Assembly (NCBI GenBank): GCA_043821365.1
Contig: JBDRCX010000006.1
Coordinates: 711,417-775,416 of the forward strand
Direction: 5' to 3'
Length of the DNA stretch: 64,000 nt
Source of the DNA: Candidatus Micrarchaeota archaeon
GTDB taxonomy: Archaea > Micrarchaeota > Micrarchaeia > Anstonellales > Bilamarchaeaceae
Shown: positions 54,927 to 63,647 of the stretch, in pieces
Position numbering within the stretch: position 1 is the first letter of the stretch
How the letters are laid out: the number at the start of each line of letters is the position of its first letter
Translations under genes and position numbers: made by a program
Notes under the pieces: generated by a model
The model's input: only the letters and a program-made list of their open reading frames with translations
Database searches by the model: none
Told to the model about the DNA's origin: nothing

Positions 54927-55640
54927 ATGGGCGATCCTAGAAAACTCCGGAACAAATACGAACGTCCCAAAAAATTGTGGGATGTAGACAGATTAAGACA
55001 TGATAAAGCGTTGGAATCTGAATATGGACTTAAGAACATGCGGGAGCTTTGGAGGGCAACTGCAGAACTTAAAAAATACAGACGTGAAGCAAGGCGTCTT
55101 CTTTCACTTACTGAAGAAGAAAGAAAAGATGATGCAAAAAAAATTCTTGTCAAGCTTGCTAAGTTCGGTATTCTTAAAGAAGGATCTGCTATTGATGATG
55201 TGCTTTCTTTAGAAGTCAGAGCAGTTTTGGAAAGAAGACTTCAAACAATGGTTCTTAGAAAAGGACTTGCAGTTTCTTCAGCACAATCAAGACAACTGAT
55301 TACTCATGGTTTCATTGCAATAAAAGGAAAAATAGTTACAAGACCAGGTTATCTTGTAAATGTTGCAGAAGAGTTGGTTCTTTCACATGCTAAACCAATT
55401 GAGTTACAAGCAAAAATAGTTGAAGAATCAACAGAAACTGAAAAACCAGAAGAAGCTGAAAAACCAAAAGAAACCAAGCCAAAAGAGATCGAGAAACCAA
55501 AAGAAGAAAAACCAAAAGAAAGTGAGAAACCAAAAGAAACTGAAAAACCAGAAGAAACCAAACCAGCAGAAGCTGAAGAAACTAAGCCGAAAGAAGCTGA
55601 AAAACCAGCAGAAGCTGAAAAACCAAAAGGGTCTTCTTAG
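54927..55640 (+). CDS. rps4: Ribosomal protein uS4 with a ~65-aa (E/K)KP(E/K)E repeat C-terminal tail
   Basis: MGDPRKLRNKYERPKKLWD ... S4 domain RRLQTMVLRKGLA.S..QSRQLITHGFI. The tail reads EKPEEAEKPKETKPKEIEKPKEEKPKESEKPKETEKPEE... Confidence 0.9.
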   Translation: MGDPRKLRNKYERPKKLWDVDRLRHDKALESEYGLKNMRELWRATAELKKYRREARRLLSLTEEERKDDAKKILVKLAKFGILKEGSAIDDVLSLEVRAVLERRLQTMVLRKGLAVSSAQSRQLITHGFIAIKGKIVTRPGYLVNVAEELVLSHAKPIELQAKIVEESTETEKPEEAEKPKETKPKEIEKPKEEKPKESEKPKETEKPEETKPAEAEETKPKEAEKPAEAEKPKGSS

Positions 55641-55649
55641 GGTGTACTT

Positions 55650-56237
55650 ATGACTGATCACAAAACTGAAACTAAAAAAGAAGAAAAAACCACGAAGGAA
55701 GAGACATCAAAAAAAGATGAAACACCTAAGAAAGTAGAAACTGCAAAAACTACCAAAAAAGAAACTAAAACTGAAGAAACAAAAGAAGAGACTGCAAAGA
55801 AAGAAGCGACACCACCTGAAACACCTCCTAAAGAAGAGGTTAAAAAACAAAGAAAAACTCGTTTAGCTGTTGTTCATGTTTTTTCATCAAAGAATGATAC
55901 TATAATAACTGCAACTGATGTAAGTGGTGCTGAAACTCTTGCATGGGCAAGTGGTGGTATGGTAGTCAAGTCTCATAGAGAAGAAGGGAGACCATATGCT
56001 GCAATGCAAGCTGCATTAAGAGTTGTAAATGTTCTTAAAGATAAAGGGATTACACATGTTCATGTTAAGATTCGTGCACCTGGTGGAGTTGGAACAAAAA
56101 CTCCTGGTTCTGGTGCACAGGCAGTTGTAAGAACAATTGCAAGAACTGGTGTTCGTATTGGAAGAATTGAAGATGTGACTCCGGTTCCAACTGACTCTAT
56201 GAAGAGAAAAGGTGGAAGAAGAGGAAGAAGAGTATGA
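55650..56237 (+). CDS. rps11: Ribosomal protein uS11 with a ~65-aa Lys/Glu/Thr-rich N-terminal extension
   Basis: Core: [21 protein letters not shown] ... HVKIRAPGG ... [39 protein letters not shown]. Confidence 0.9.
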   Translation: MTDHKTETKKEEKTTKEETSKKDETPKKVETAKTTKKETKTEETKEETAKKEATPPETPPKEEVKKQRKTRLAVVHVFSSKNDTIITATDVSGAETLAWASGGMVVKSHREEGRPYAAMQAALRVVNVLKDKGITHVHVKIRAPGGVGTKTPGSGAQAVVRTIARTGVRIGRIEDVTPVPTDSMKRKGGRRGRRV

Positions 56238-56896
56238 AACTCACTCTTGATAAAAAACATGCAAATAGGATCGTTGTTATTGCAAATGATACATCATCAA
56301 GTTTTGCAAATGTAGTCAGGCGTTATGGTATGTCCAGAGTTCCAGTTATGGCTATAGAGGGTGTAACATTTTATGATAACTCTAGTGCTTTTTGGGATGA
56401 ATATTTGGCACATAGACTTGGTTTAGTGCCTTTACTTACCCCAGAAAATACACAAGCAGATACAGAAGTTACATTTTCACTTGATGCGCAGGGCCCTAAG
56501 ATAGTTCATTCATCTGACCTTGTTAGTTCTGATAAGGAAATTGTTGTTGCACAAGGAAAAATACCACTTGTGACTTTAGGTGAAAACCAACATCTGAGAT
56601 TTGAATGCAAAGCTATTGTGGGTACTGCGGTTACTCATGCTAAATTCCAAGCTGGTTTGATAAGTTATGGAATTGAAAATGATTCTGTTAGGTTTTTGTT
56701 TGAAAGTTTCTTCCAAATGGAACCAACTGATCTTGTTTCACGAACCTGCGATCTAATATTGGATGATCTTGAAAATATAGAAGCAGTTCTTGGAAAGAAA
56801 TCAGCTAAAAAAGCAAAAGCAGAGAAAAAAGAAAAACCAGTTAAGGTTGCAAAACCTAAAAAAGAAAAAAAACCTAAGAAAGAAAAAGAAGAGTAA
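56234..56896 (+). CDS. rpoD: DNA-directed RNA polymerase subunit D with a Lys-rich C-terminal tail
   Basis: [21 protein letters not shown] ... [13 protein letters not shown]. Conserved position after S13-S4-S11. Start overlaps the rps11 stop (ATGA). Confidence 0.9.
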   Translation: MKLTLDKKHANRIVVIANDTSSSFANVVRRYGMSRVPVMAIEGVTFYDNSSAFWDEYLAHRLGLVPLLTPENTQADTEVTFSLDAQGPKIVHSSDLVSSDKEIVVAQGKIPLVTLGENQHLRFECKAIVGTAVTHAKFQAGLISYGIENDSVRFLFESFFQMEPTDLVSRTCDLILDDLENIEAVLGKKSAKKAKAEKKEKPVKVAKPKKEKKPKKEKEE

Positions 56897-56978
56897 CTCT
56901 CAAACTCTTTTGGAGGTTAGGTTGTCCTTGAAAGCGGACGCTTTCAAGACAGTAAAAATTATTTTCTAATTTTTACAC

Positions 56979-56993
56979 GCAGGGGTGGCAGAG
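56979..56993 (+). other. Orphan 15-nt copy of the tRNA-Leu 5' end (GCAGGGGTGGCAGAG)
   Basis: Identical to 57061-57075 and located 67 nt upstream of the intact gene. Followed by the hairpin TTGAACAAGTTCAA. Confidence 0.6.
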
Positions 56994-57060
56994 TTGTTTT
57001 GAACAAGTTCAAAGCCTCCGCCACATTCATTCGGTTATTCGACTGAAATAACTTTCATAA

Positions 57061-57144
57061 GCAGGGGTGGCAGAGCGGTCAAATGCGCCAGCTTGAGGGG
57101 CTGGTGGGTTAGTCCCTTCGAGTGTTCGAATCACTTCCCCTGCA
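57061..57144 (+). tRNA. tRNA-Leu(GAG), class II, intron-less
   Basis: GCAGGGG TG GCA GAGCGGTCAAA TGC G CCAGC TTGAGGG GCTGG [15-nt variable arm] GAGTG TTCGAAT CACTT CCCCTGC A. Confidence 0.9.
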
Positions 57145-57172
57145 TAGTCATTTTCTCTCAGTGCACTACCGA

Positions 57173-57284
57173 ATCATCACTGAGCTATTCCTAATTATCA
57201 CTGGATTTTGATTAATTCTGAACTCAGTTATAACTTTGGCAAGTTATCACCGAAAAGAATATATATCTATTTTCAGTGATAACT
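57173..57284. promoter_or_regulatory. Four copies of a TTATCAC(T/C)G-like motif upstream of and overlapping the Fic start
   Basis: Copies: atcatcactgag (57173-57184), aattatcactgg (57193-57204), agttatcaccga (57242-57253), and inverted tcagtgataact (57273-57284). A TATA-like aatatatat lies at about 57259-57267. Confidence 0.35.
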
Positions 57285-57287
57285 ACT

Positions 57288-58262
57288 ATGGCAAGAATAG
57301 TAAAAAGGATCGTTAAAGGAAAGGTTTACTATTACTTGGAAGAATCCATAAAAAAAGGAACTAAATGGATCAAAGAAAGCGTGTATTTGGGTAAAGATTT
57401 ACCCGATAACATAAAACTGACTAAAATTTACAAAAAATTCGAGGAAACGCTTAAGCTGAAAGGCATTTCTGGGATTACCCCTCCGTTTACGGAATTCATA
57501 ACCCGTCATCTCGCCCTAAAAATAGAAAAAGCAGCTAAGGATAAGTTATTGTTCTTGAATTCACTTTCTTCCAAACAGAGAATTGAATTTATCAGAAGAG
57601 AAAGAATAACATTTGTTACGGACTCAAATGCTATCGAGGGGTCAACTTTAGACTACTGGCTGACGGAAAGAATTCTCTCGGACCAAAAAAGAATTGAAAT
57701 GCTGCAGAAACGAGGAGTAATCGTTACGAATATGGATAAGGAAGAACAAGAGGCACTCAATCTAAACAAGTGCTTAGATATCTATGAAAAACTTCTTAAA
57801 AACAAAAGAGAGTTAACTGGTGAAATGATTCTACAATTTCATTGTGTGCTCCTTTCGAAAATAGATGGCTATGAACGGTACTGTGGCATTTGGAGACCGG
57901 TGAATGTAAGAATCCGCGGTTCGGATTATGTTTTCCCACATCACCAAGAAGTCCCAAAGCTTATGAATGAACTGTTTGGCTGGTATTCCAAAAATAAAGA
58001 TTTGATCCACCCGGTAGAACTTGCTGCAAAGTTCCACACTAAATTCACTACAATTCATCCATTCGCTGATGGAAATGGGAGGATGGCAAGACTGCTTATG
58101 AATTATATACTTCAAGTAAATAAAATCCCATTCACAAATATTCCTCTTAGCAAACGAAGCAAATATATGCGAACTCAGGAGGCTGGCAATCGCGGCAACC
58201 AAAAACTGTTTGTTCTTTTCTTAGCCCAAGAGATAATCAAACAGAACCAAAAATTGAACTGA
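57288..58262 (+). CDS. Fic-domain protein (AMPylase family) with an N-terminal inhibitory-helix motif
   Basis: Active site HPFADGNGRMARLL. Upstream SNAIEG matches the [S/T]xxxE[G/N] autoinhibition motif. The ATG at 57288 is preferred over the GTG at 57276. Confidence 0.9.
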   Translation: MARIVKRIVKGKVYYYLEESIKKGTKWIKESVYLGKDLPDNIKLTKIYKKFEETLKLKGISGITPPFTEFITRHLALKIEKAAKDKLLFLNSLSSKQRIEFIRRERITFVTDSNAIEGSTLDYWLTERILSDQKRIEMLQKRGVIVTNMDKEEQEALNLNKCLDIYEKLLKNKRELTGEMILQFHCVLLSKIDGYERYCGIWRPVNVRIRGSDYVFPHHQEVPKLMNELFGWYSKNKDLIHPVELAAKFHTKFTTIHPFADGNGRMARLLMNYILQVNKIPFTNIPLSKRSKYMRTQEAGNRGNQKLFVLFLAQEIIKQNQKLN

Positions 58263-58329
58263 CGTTAGTTAATCCCCTAACTCCGTTTCGGCCAGCCTTT
58301 ATATAGAACAGCTGCTAGACCAACCTCCA

Positions 58330-58513
58330 ATTGATCGAGTATAGATCAATGGACCATAAATTGATGCGTCAATTTATCGGTCGATAAGAAGGGCAAGAGA
58401 AAGGCGAAAAATGGCAGAGCGTCCGATGGAACGTCGCAACGTTCCATGGACCACAGAACGGAACGCCGTTTTGTAGGTCCTCAGATCGGCTCTGAGATTC
58501 CTTCCCCTGCATA
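58330..58513 (+). ncRNA. Hairpin-rich tRNA-Leu-related region (candidate structured RNA or decayed tRNA/att remnant)
   Basis: A TATA-like ctttatata (58297-58305) lies upstream. Five stem-loops follow:
- TTGATC-gagtata-GATCAA
- ATAAATTGA-tgcg-TCAATTTAT
- ATGGAACGT-cgca-ACGTTCCAT
- AACGG-aacg-CCGTT
- CTCAGA-tcggc-TCTGAG
Contains TGGCAGAGCG (the tRNA-Leu D-arm) and ends with CTTCCCCTGCATA (the tRNA-Leu 3' end). Confidence 0.3.
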
Positions 58514-58552
58514 CTGATCTGAGGGTTATTCCCCTTCATCTTTCTAATTTTA

Positions 58553-59167
58553 TCAAATTCTATCAATTTTAATTCCACTAATATAAAAAATCGCAATAAT
58601 AGTATATATCAAGTAACCAAGAACAACAAGTATGAAATTAAATGATATGCCCATATCTGACTGTCCAGGTACAAAGTTTATTGCATCTATGGCAAAAGTT
58701 ATGGGACCTAACACTATTCCAAACAGGAGATACAAAGAGAACGCCCCGTTCAATAGTATGCTAATGAATAGCATGAATATCTTTACTAATTTTGGTATGA
58801 TTTTAATCTCTCTATGCTGAATGGAAATAATTAACCATGCACTAATGAAACTAATGATTGCACTAGCAAAAAGTGCAGGTCCAGTTTTTTCACTTCCCAT
58901 TAATGAAATCAAATCATTTTGGAATGTTGGTTGAATAATATAAAGAAAGATAAAAAATGCAATCATAACTAAGAATACTAAAGGGTTCTGAGCAGATTTA
59001 ACAGCTTCATCCATCCAATTCTTCTCTTCACATGAAATTTCAAAACTTCCAATTTTTAGTTTGGTTTTATTTTTTTGTAATGCCCCAACTGACAGAAATA
59101 AAAAAACCAAAAAGAACAACCATATCACAATACAAGGCAGACATATGATCGGAATACTCTGAACCAT
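58553..59167 (-). CDS. Polytopic membrane protein, function unknown
   Basis: 204 aa with about 5 hydrophobic helices. Confidence 0.6.
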   Translation of the reverse strand: MVQSIPIICLPCIVIWLFFLVFLFLSVGALQKNKTKLKIGSFEISCEEKNWMDEAVKSAQNPLVFLVMIAFFIFLYIIQPTFQNDLISLMGSEKTGPALFASAIISFISAWLIISIQHREIKIIPKLVKIFMLFISILLNGAFSLYLLFGIVLGPITFAIDAINFVPGQSDMGISFNFILVVLGYLIYTIIAIFYISGIKIDRI

Positions 59168-59270
59168 AACGTATACCTACACACTCCTTTTTTTATTCCT
59201 TTTTACTATCTGCTTTATTTTGGTGGTATTACAGTTTATTTTTAATAACTAGCCTAGTTATTATGTTGTG

Positions 59271-60515
59271 ATGTATGTACAAAAAAGGCAACCACAACCT
59301 ACTAATTTAACTGCACGGATTAGACTGTTTGCAGAACGTATTCTAGAAGAAAGAATTCGCAAAACATCATTACATAATAGAACTCAAGAGTTAAACAGGG
59401 AAATACTATTTCTAGTAAATGCATTTGTTAATGGTTATTGGAGTGCAACTTCTTCTCCTCTTGGTGCAACGCTCCATGATTATGGGGGATACTATCCAAA
59501 TAGAGAATTCCAGTCAAGAGATGCAATTGCGCATCTTAGAACATTAGCTGAGCGAGGAGTAGATTGTAGTGCTGCAATTCAAGCTTTAGGAACTCATCTT
59601 CAAGACAATAGAACTCCACATCTCATTTCTAATAATATTATCGAAGCAATTCGTGTGCTAGCATTAAGTGGTGCAGATTTTAGTCATTTAGTTCCATTTC
59701 TAGAAAAACAAACTGATAATGCACGTAGTAGGTTTTGTGAATCTGCACCTGGCGTATTGGATATAATTAAACGTCGTGATCAAATTCTTCATTCACAAAC
59801 AACATATAGAATACAAATGGAACAAAGACTCACTGCATTATCAAGCAGATTTGAAGAAGCATGGTCTATGCCTTTACCTTTCATGACTCTAGTTACTGAT
59901 GCCACTACTTCTTCTAGATTTGTTCGTAGAGAAATATTTGAATCCGACACAGTCACTGATTTTACTGGCTATGCTCTTCCATCTGCTTTAGTAACTGCTA
60001 CTGCCGAAAGGCATAGACTTTATGGTAGAATTGTTCTTTGGAGAACATCAATGGGAGATCCTCATTTTGATGCAATTGTTTTTCATGAGTTTGCTCATTT
60101 ACTCAAAGAACCTGGAAAATGTTTCGATTGCATGAAAAAAACACTATTCAGAACATGCAATGACAAATCTCAAGCAGATTATCTCACTCGTATCTTAAGT
60201 GAAGGATTTGCAGAATTCTGTTCCCATTTAACTACAGATACGCCAATTTTACGAAATCAAGATTCCAAACACCTTGATGAAGTAATTCATGAAGCAGAAA
60301 TCAAGGGCTGGGAGCATATTGCTACTTCTGATAGGTATCATTTCTATGTTTATGAAATTGGTCTAAATTTCTTTACTCTAGCACATTCATTATTACGGTA
60401 TTCTCCTCTGGATTATGCATTATTACTTTCAAAAACACCACCAAGTCCTGAAGAATTACTCTCACATAATGGAGGAATGAGATGGGCAGAACGAGTTCGA
60501 TTTTCAAAAGCATGA
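59271..60515 (+). CDS. Putative HEAT-like repeat plus HExxH (MA-clan-like) metallopeptidase
   Basis: VFHEFAHLL followed about 40 aa later by SEGFAEF (a gluzincin-type third ligand pattern). The N-terminal helical repeats are AIAHLRTLAERG / AIQALGTHL / AIRVLALSG. Confidence 0.55.
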   Translation: MYVQKRQPQPTNLTARIRLFAERILEERIRKTSLHNRTQELNREILFLVNAFVNGYWSATSSPLGATLHDYGGYYPNREFQSRDAIAHLRTLAERGVDCSAAIQALGTHLQDNRTPHLISNNIIEAIRVLALSGADFSHLVPFLEKQTDNARSRFCESAPGVLDIIKRRDQILHSQTTYRIQMEQRLTALSSRFEEAWSMPLPFMTLVTDATTSSRFVRREIFESDTVTDFTGYALPSALVTATAERHRLYGRIVLWRTSMGDPHFDAIVFHEFAHLLKEPGKCFDCMKKTLFRTCNDKSQADYLTRILSEGFAEFCSHLTTDTPILRNQDSKHLDEVIHEAEIKGWEHIATSDRYHFYVYEIGLNFFTLAHSLLRYSPLDYALLLSKTPPSPEELLSHNGGMRWAERVRFSKA

Positions 60516-60549
60516 TATGTCTTACTACTAAAAAACAAACTATGATTTT

Positions 60550-62193
60550 TTGTCCATATCTAATTCTTTAAATCTTGCTAGGGATAATGTACTGATGTTC
60601 ACGTGGGAATTGTGGTTTGCCATCGTACCAGGATTAATTCTGTTTCTTTATGGTATTGATCACTTCAGCAAAGAGATACAACGTGTTGCAGGTGAACGTT
60701 TCCGTTCTGTACTTGGAAAGCTTACTAAACATCCACTTGGAGGAACCACACTCGGTGCTATAGTAACAGCAATAATACAATCAAGTACTGCTACAACTGT
60801 CATAGCAGTTGGTCTTGTTGATGCAGGAACTATCTCATTTGCACAGAGTTTGGGCATAATGTTTGGAGCCAATATAGGTACTACAGTGACAGCACAGCTT
60901 GTTGCCTTTAAATTGACTATTTTTGCACCATTCTTTATTCTTCTTGGTTTTGTTATTAGTCTTTTTGGAGGGAGATATAAGTTTTTGGGGAAACCTATTT
61001 TCTATTTTGGTTTAGTCTTCTTTAGTCTTGCACTTATATCTGAAGCTATAATCCCATTTAAGGATAACCCTGAATTTCTTTCAATGTTTTCACATCTTTC
61101 AAATGTGTTTGTTGCCATTTTTGTTGGCATAATAGCAACTCTTATTCTTCAATCTAGTTCAGTCACTACAGGTATTGTTGTGTTACTTGCAGGGACTGGC
61201 TTGCTTACTCTGGGTCAAGGAATCCCAGTTATATTAGGAGCCAATATAGGTACAACTGCAACTTCACTTCTGGCGGCTTCAAGAATGGATCTTCATGCAA
61301 GAAGAGCATCCATAGCACACTTTCTCTTTAATGTTGGTGGCGTGTTGATATTCCTACCATTCATTACAATTTTCACATCATTTGTGGAAGGTATAGGTGG
61401 AAATCTTGCTCAACAAGTTGCAAATGCTCATTTAATCTTCAATCTATCTGCTGCCACTATCTTTCTCCTTATGCTGAATCATTTCAAACTATTAATTGAA
61501 AAGCTTGTGCCAGGAACAGAGGACGAGATCATTTTCAAAACAAATTATCTTGAAAACGGACCACCAATCAATAATCGGCAAGCTTTTGATTTTATAGAAA
61601 AAGAATTAGTACATTCCATTGATGTTACTTTAAAACTTTTTGACGAATCTATCGGATTTTTAAAAAATAATAAAGGCAGGTCATTTCAACGTGTTACAAA
61701 GCTTGAAGCATTCAATGATTTTCTTGATGAAAAGATAGAACAGGCCATTCTCAAATTATCTGGAAAAAAACTTAGTGAAAAAGAAGCCAGAAAAACAGTC
61801 CTGCTTGTTCGTATGTCGAATATGGTAGAACAACTTGGAGATCGCGCAGACGATCTTGCATATCTATCTGTCGAGTTAAATGAACGTGGAGGGTCTCTTT
61901 CTCCCGAATCTATGGTAGAACTAGATCAATTATATGAGCAATTTTGTAAAAATATTCTAATCCTTAGAGAATCAATTCCAAAAATAAGTTTGGCGAACAT
62001 AAAGAAAATGAGGAAAAATGATATTGCATTCAGATTGTTGCTGAATGTAAGTTATCAGAAACATCTTGAAAGGCTCTACTTACAAAAAGCGTATGCAGGA
62101 ACATTTTTTGTTGAAACATTATCCACACTAGAGCAAGCAAATGCTCATGTACGTGAAATCAGAAAACTTTCTGAGCTTTACAGAAAATCATAG
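60550..62193 (+). CDS. Na+/phosphate cotransporter (NptA-like) with a PhoU-like C-terminal domain
   Basis: Duplicated GANIGTT(V/A)T motifs in the membrane domain and a helical C-terminus. TTG start, uncertain. Confidence 0.85.
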   Translation: MSISNSLNLARDNVLMFTWELWFAIVPGLILFLYGIDHFSKEIQRVAGERFRSVLGKLTKHPLGGTTLGAIVTAIIQSSTATTVIAVGLVDAGTISFAQSLGIMFGANIGTTVTAQLVAFKLTIFAPFFILLGFVISLFGGRYKFLGKPIFYFGLVFFSLALISEAIIPFKDNPEFLSMFSHLSNVFVAIFVGIIATLILQSSSVTTGIVVLLAGTGLLTLGQGIPVILGANIGTTATSLLAASRMDLHARRASIAHFLFNVGGVLIFLPFITIFTSFVEGIGGNLAQQVANAHLIFNLSAATIFLLMLNHFKLLIEKLVPGTEDEIIFKTNYLENGPPINNRQAFDFIEKELVHSIDVTLKLFDESIGFLKNNKGRSFQRVTKLEAFNDFLDEKIEQAILKLSGKKLSEKEARKTVLLVRMSNMVEQLGDRADDLAYLSVELNERGGSLSPESMVELDQLYEQFCKNILILRESIPKISLANIKKMRKNDIAFRLLLNVSYQKHLERLYLQKAYAGTFFVETLSTLEQANAHVREIRKLSELYRKS

Positions 62194-63138
62194 AACCTTC
62201 TTTTTCTGATTTGGAAATCCTACTATATCTATTGTCTGAGATGCAAAGTGAATGTCTTTAGTTTTTCCTAAACCTTCAAGAAGTTTGTGGCTTAGTGCAT
62301 TTGAAACAAGCCTTCTAGACCGAACTTCAGTAACATATCTTATATTCATAGACACCCAATTGTCTGTTAGTTTGATAAATACCTGAGGTTCAACATCCTT
62401 TCTACGAAAAAAATATTTTTCCCCCATCCTGGCTAGTTCCTGCGAAGCCTTTTTTACAGTTTCATTTGTTTCTTTCTTTGTAATTTCTAAAAGAAGTTTC
62501 TCAGCTTTTTTCCAGTTGCTGCCATAAGTTATAGGAATCCAGATTTCATCCCATATGAATTCGTGGTCTTTAGTATAATTTTTTATGGTTCCAGAGATTG
62601 CATATCCATTAGGTATAACAACTAATCTACCAGTTACTTGATCTCCTTCAATCCATTCCCGTGTTTCTAATAATGTAGTGTAAAAAATACCAATATCGAT
62701 TACATCTCCATAAGTAGTGTTTATTTGAATTCTATCTCCAACAGCGTATGTCCGTGTAATAAGGAGTATAATGCCCCCAGCTAAGTTCTTGAAAATATCT
62801 TGAAGTGCTATGGCAATTGCAGCTGCTATAAGACCATATGCAACCAAAATGGTTTCTGGATTCGGTATCCATACTGTTATGACAATAGCAATAACAACAA
62901 CAGCATTGATAATTGAAATTACCTTACGGAGTTCAAATTTTCTACGGTTATCTTTTATCCTTTTTGTAACTGCTTCTTCTATTACAATCTTGAATATAAG
63001 ATATATCGCTGCTAGTGCGGAAAAAGTATAGAAAATTGCCAACAAATAATAATTTTGGTATATTGTGTTTGCATACCAAAGCGTTCCTGATACGATTAAC
63101 AAAATAAGTAAAACAAATATTTTTCCTATTGGAATCAA
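62188..63138 (-). CDS. Small-conductance mechanosensitive channel (MscS family)
   Basis: TM3-like AIALQDIFKNLAGGIILLITRTYAVGDRI, then a beta domain. Confidence 0.85.
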   Translation of the reverse strand: MIPIGKIFVLLILLIVSGTLWYANTIYQNYYLLAIFYTFSALAAIYLIFKIVIEEAVTKRIKDNRRKFELRKVISIINAVVVIAIVITVWIPNPETILVAYGLIAAAIAIALQDIFKNLAGGIILLITRTYAVGDRIQINTTYGDVIDIGIFYTTLLETREWIEGDQVTGRLVVIPNGYAISGTIKNYTKDHEFIWDEIWIPITYGSNWKKAEKLLLEITKKETNETVKKASQELARMGEKYFFRRKDVEPQVFIKLTDNWVSMNIRYVTEVRSRRLVSNALSHKLLEGLGKTKDIHFASQTIDIVGFPNQKKKVL

Positions 63139-63247
63139 ACATCAACACCTCATCTTTCAAATTTAATATCAAAGTGAGAATTTAAAAATGATATATTGGT
63201 ATATGAAAAATAACTAACTTTATATAACTAATCTGAAAACACTAATT

Positions 63248-63583
63248 ATGTATCCACAGATAGTTGTTGATTTTCTCAATTATTCTGCCATTGCAATAAG
63301 TGCAATTGGTATTCTAATCATGCTCCATGCATGTATTGTAACACTAGCTAGTATTATCAAAATAGAACTTGCAAGAAAAAAGACATTCAGAGCATATGAG
63401 AATCGAAAAAGAGTTTTCATACAAAGAATAATTTTATCTTTAGACTTTTTTGTGGCAGCCGATCTATTACGACTGGTTTTAGTTACATCGATGGAAGAAA
63501 TTCTTTTCCTTTCAGTCATTGTTGGTATACGTACAATTCTAAATTGGTCTTTAAGTAAGGAAATTCATTTGCACGAAGAATAA
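63248..63583 (+). CDS. DUF1622-like small membrane protein
   Basis: Two to three TM helices with the LDFFVAADLLRLV pattern. Confidence 0.6.
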   Translation: MYPQIVVDFLNYSAIAISAIGILIMLHACIVTLASIIKIELARKKTFRAYENRKRVFIQRIILSLDFFVAADLLRLVLVTSMEEILFLSVIVGIRTILNWSLSKEIHLHEE

Positions 63584-63625
63584 TTTTTATATTTATTTTC
63601 ACTTCAAACATATTCTATTAAAAAC

Positions 63626-63647
63626 ATTATGAATATATATTCATAAT
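63626..63647. promoter_or_regulatory. 22-bp perfect palindrome ATTATGAATAT|ATATTCATAAT abutting the DUF134 start codon
   Basis: Verified base by base. Ends one nt before the ATG at 63648. Confidence 0.4.

Noticed and set aside
55000-55661. ORFs 55000-55212, 55349-55561, 55420-55653 and 55428-55661 overlapping rps4
   Set aside because: They are frame-shifted or antisense readings of the KPEE repeat DNA. The repeat keeps all frames open.
56912-58330. 9-nt inverted match TTGGAGGTT / AACCTCCAA as terminal inverted repeats of a transposon carrying tRNA-Leu and Fic
   Set aside because: The match is only 9 nt, I could see no flanking target-site duplication, and there is no transposase. It could be chance.
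56979-58513. Idea that the 15-nt 5' fragment and the distal tRNA-like region are halves of a split or trans-spliced tRNA, or one tRNA with a 1.4-kb intron
   Set aside because: The joined sequence does not give a 7-nt anticodon loop or a D-stem. The two pieces overlap by 8 nt (TGGCAGAG) instead of abutting. The 5'-half trailer and 3'-half leader are not complementary, as they would be in split tRNAs.
7114-60515. Scattered Arg/Thr/Gln-rich unknown proteins (7114, 12655, 32244, 34547, 41131, 52846, 59271) as a horizontally acquired gene set
   Set aside because: The amino-acid bias is visible, but by eye the nucleotide composition of these genes is not clearly different from their neighbours. 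I cannot compute codon or GC statistics here, so this stays an unquantified impression.
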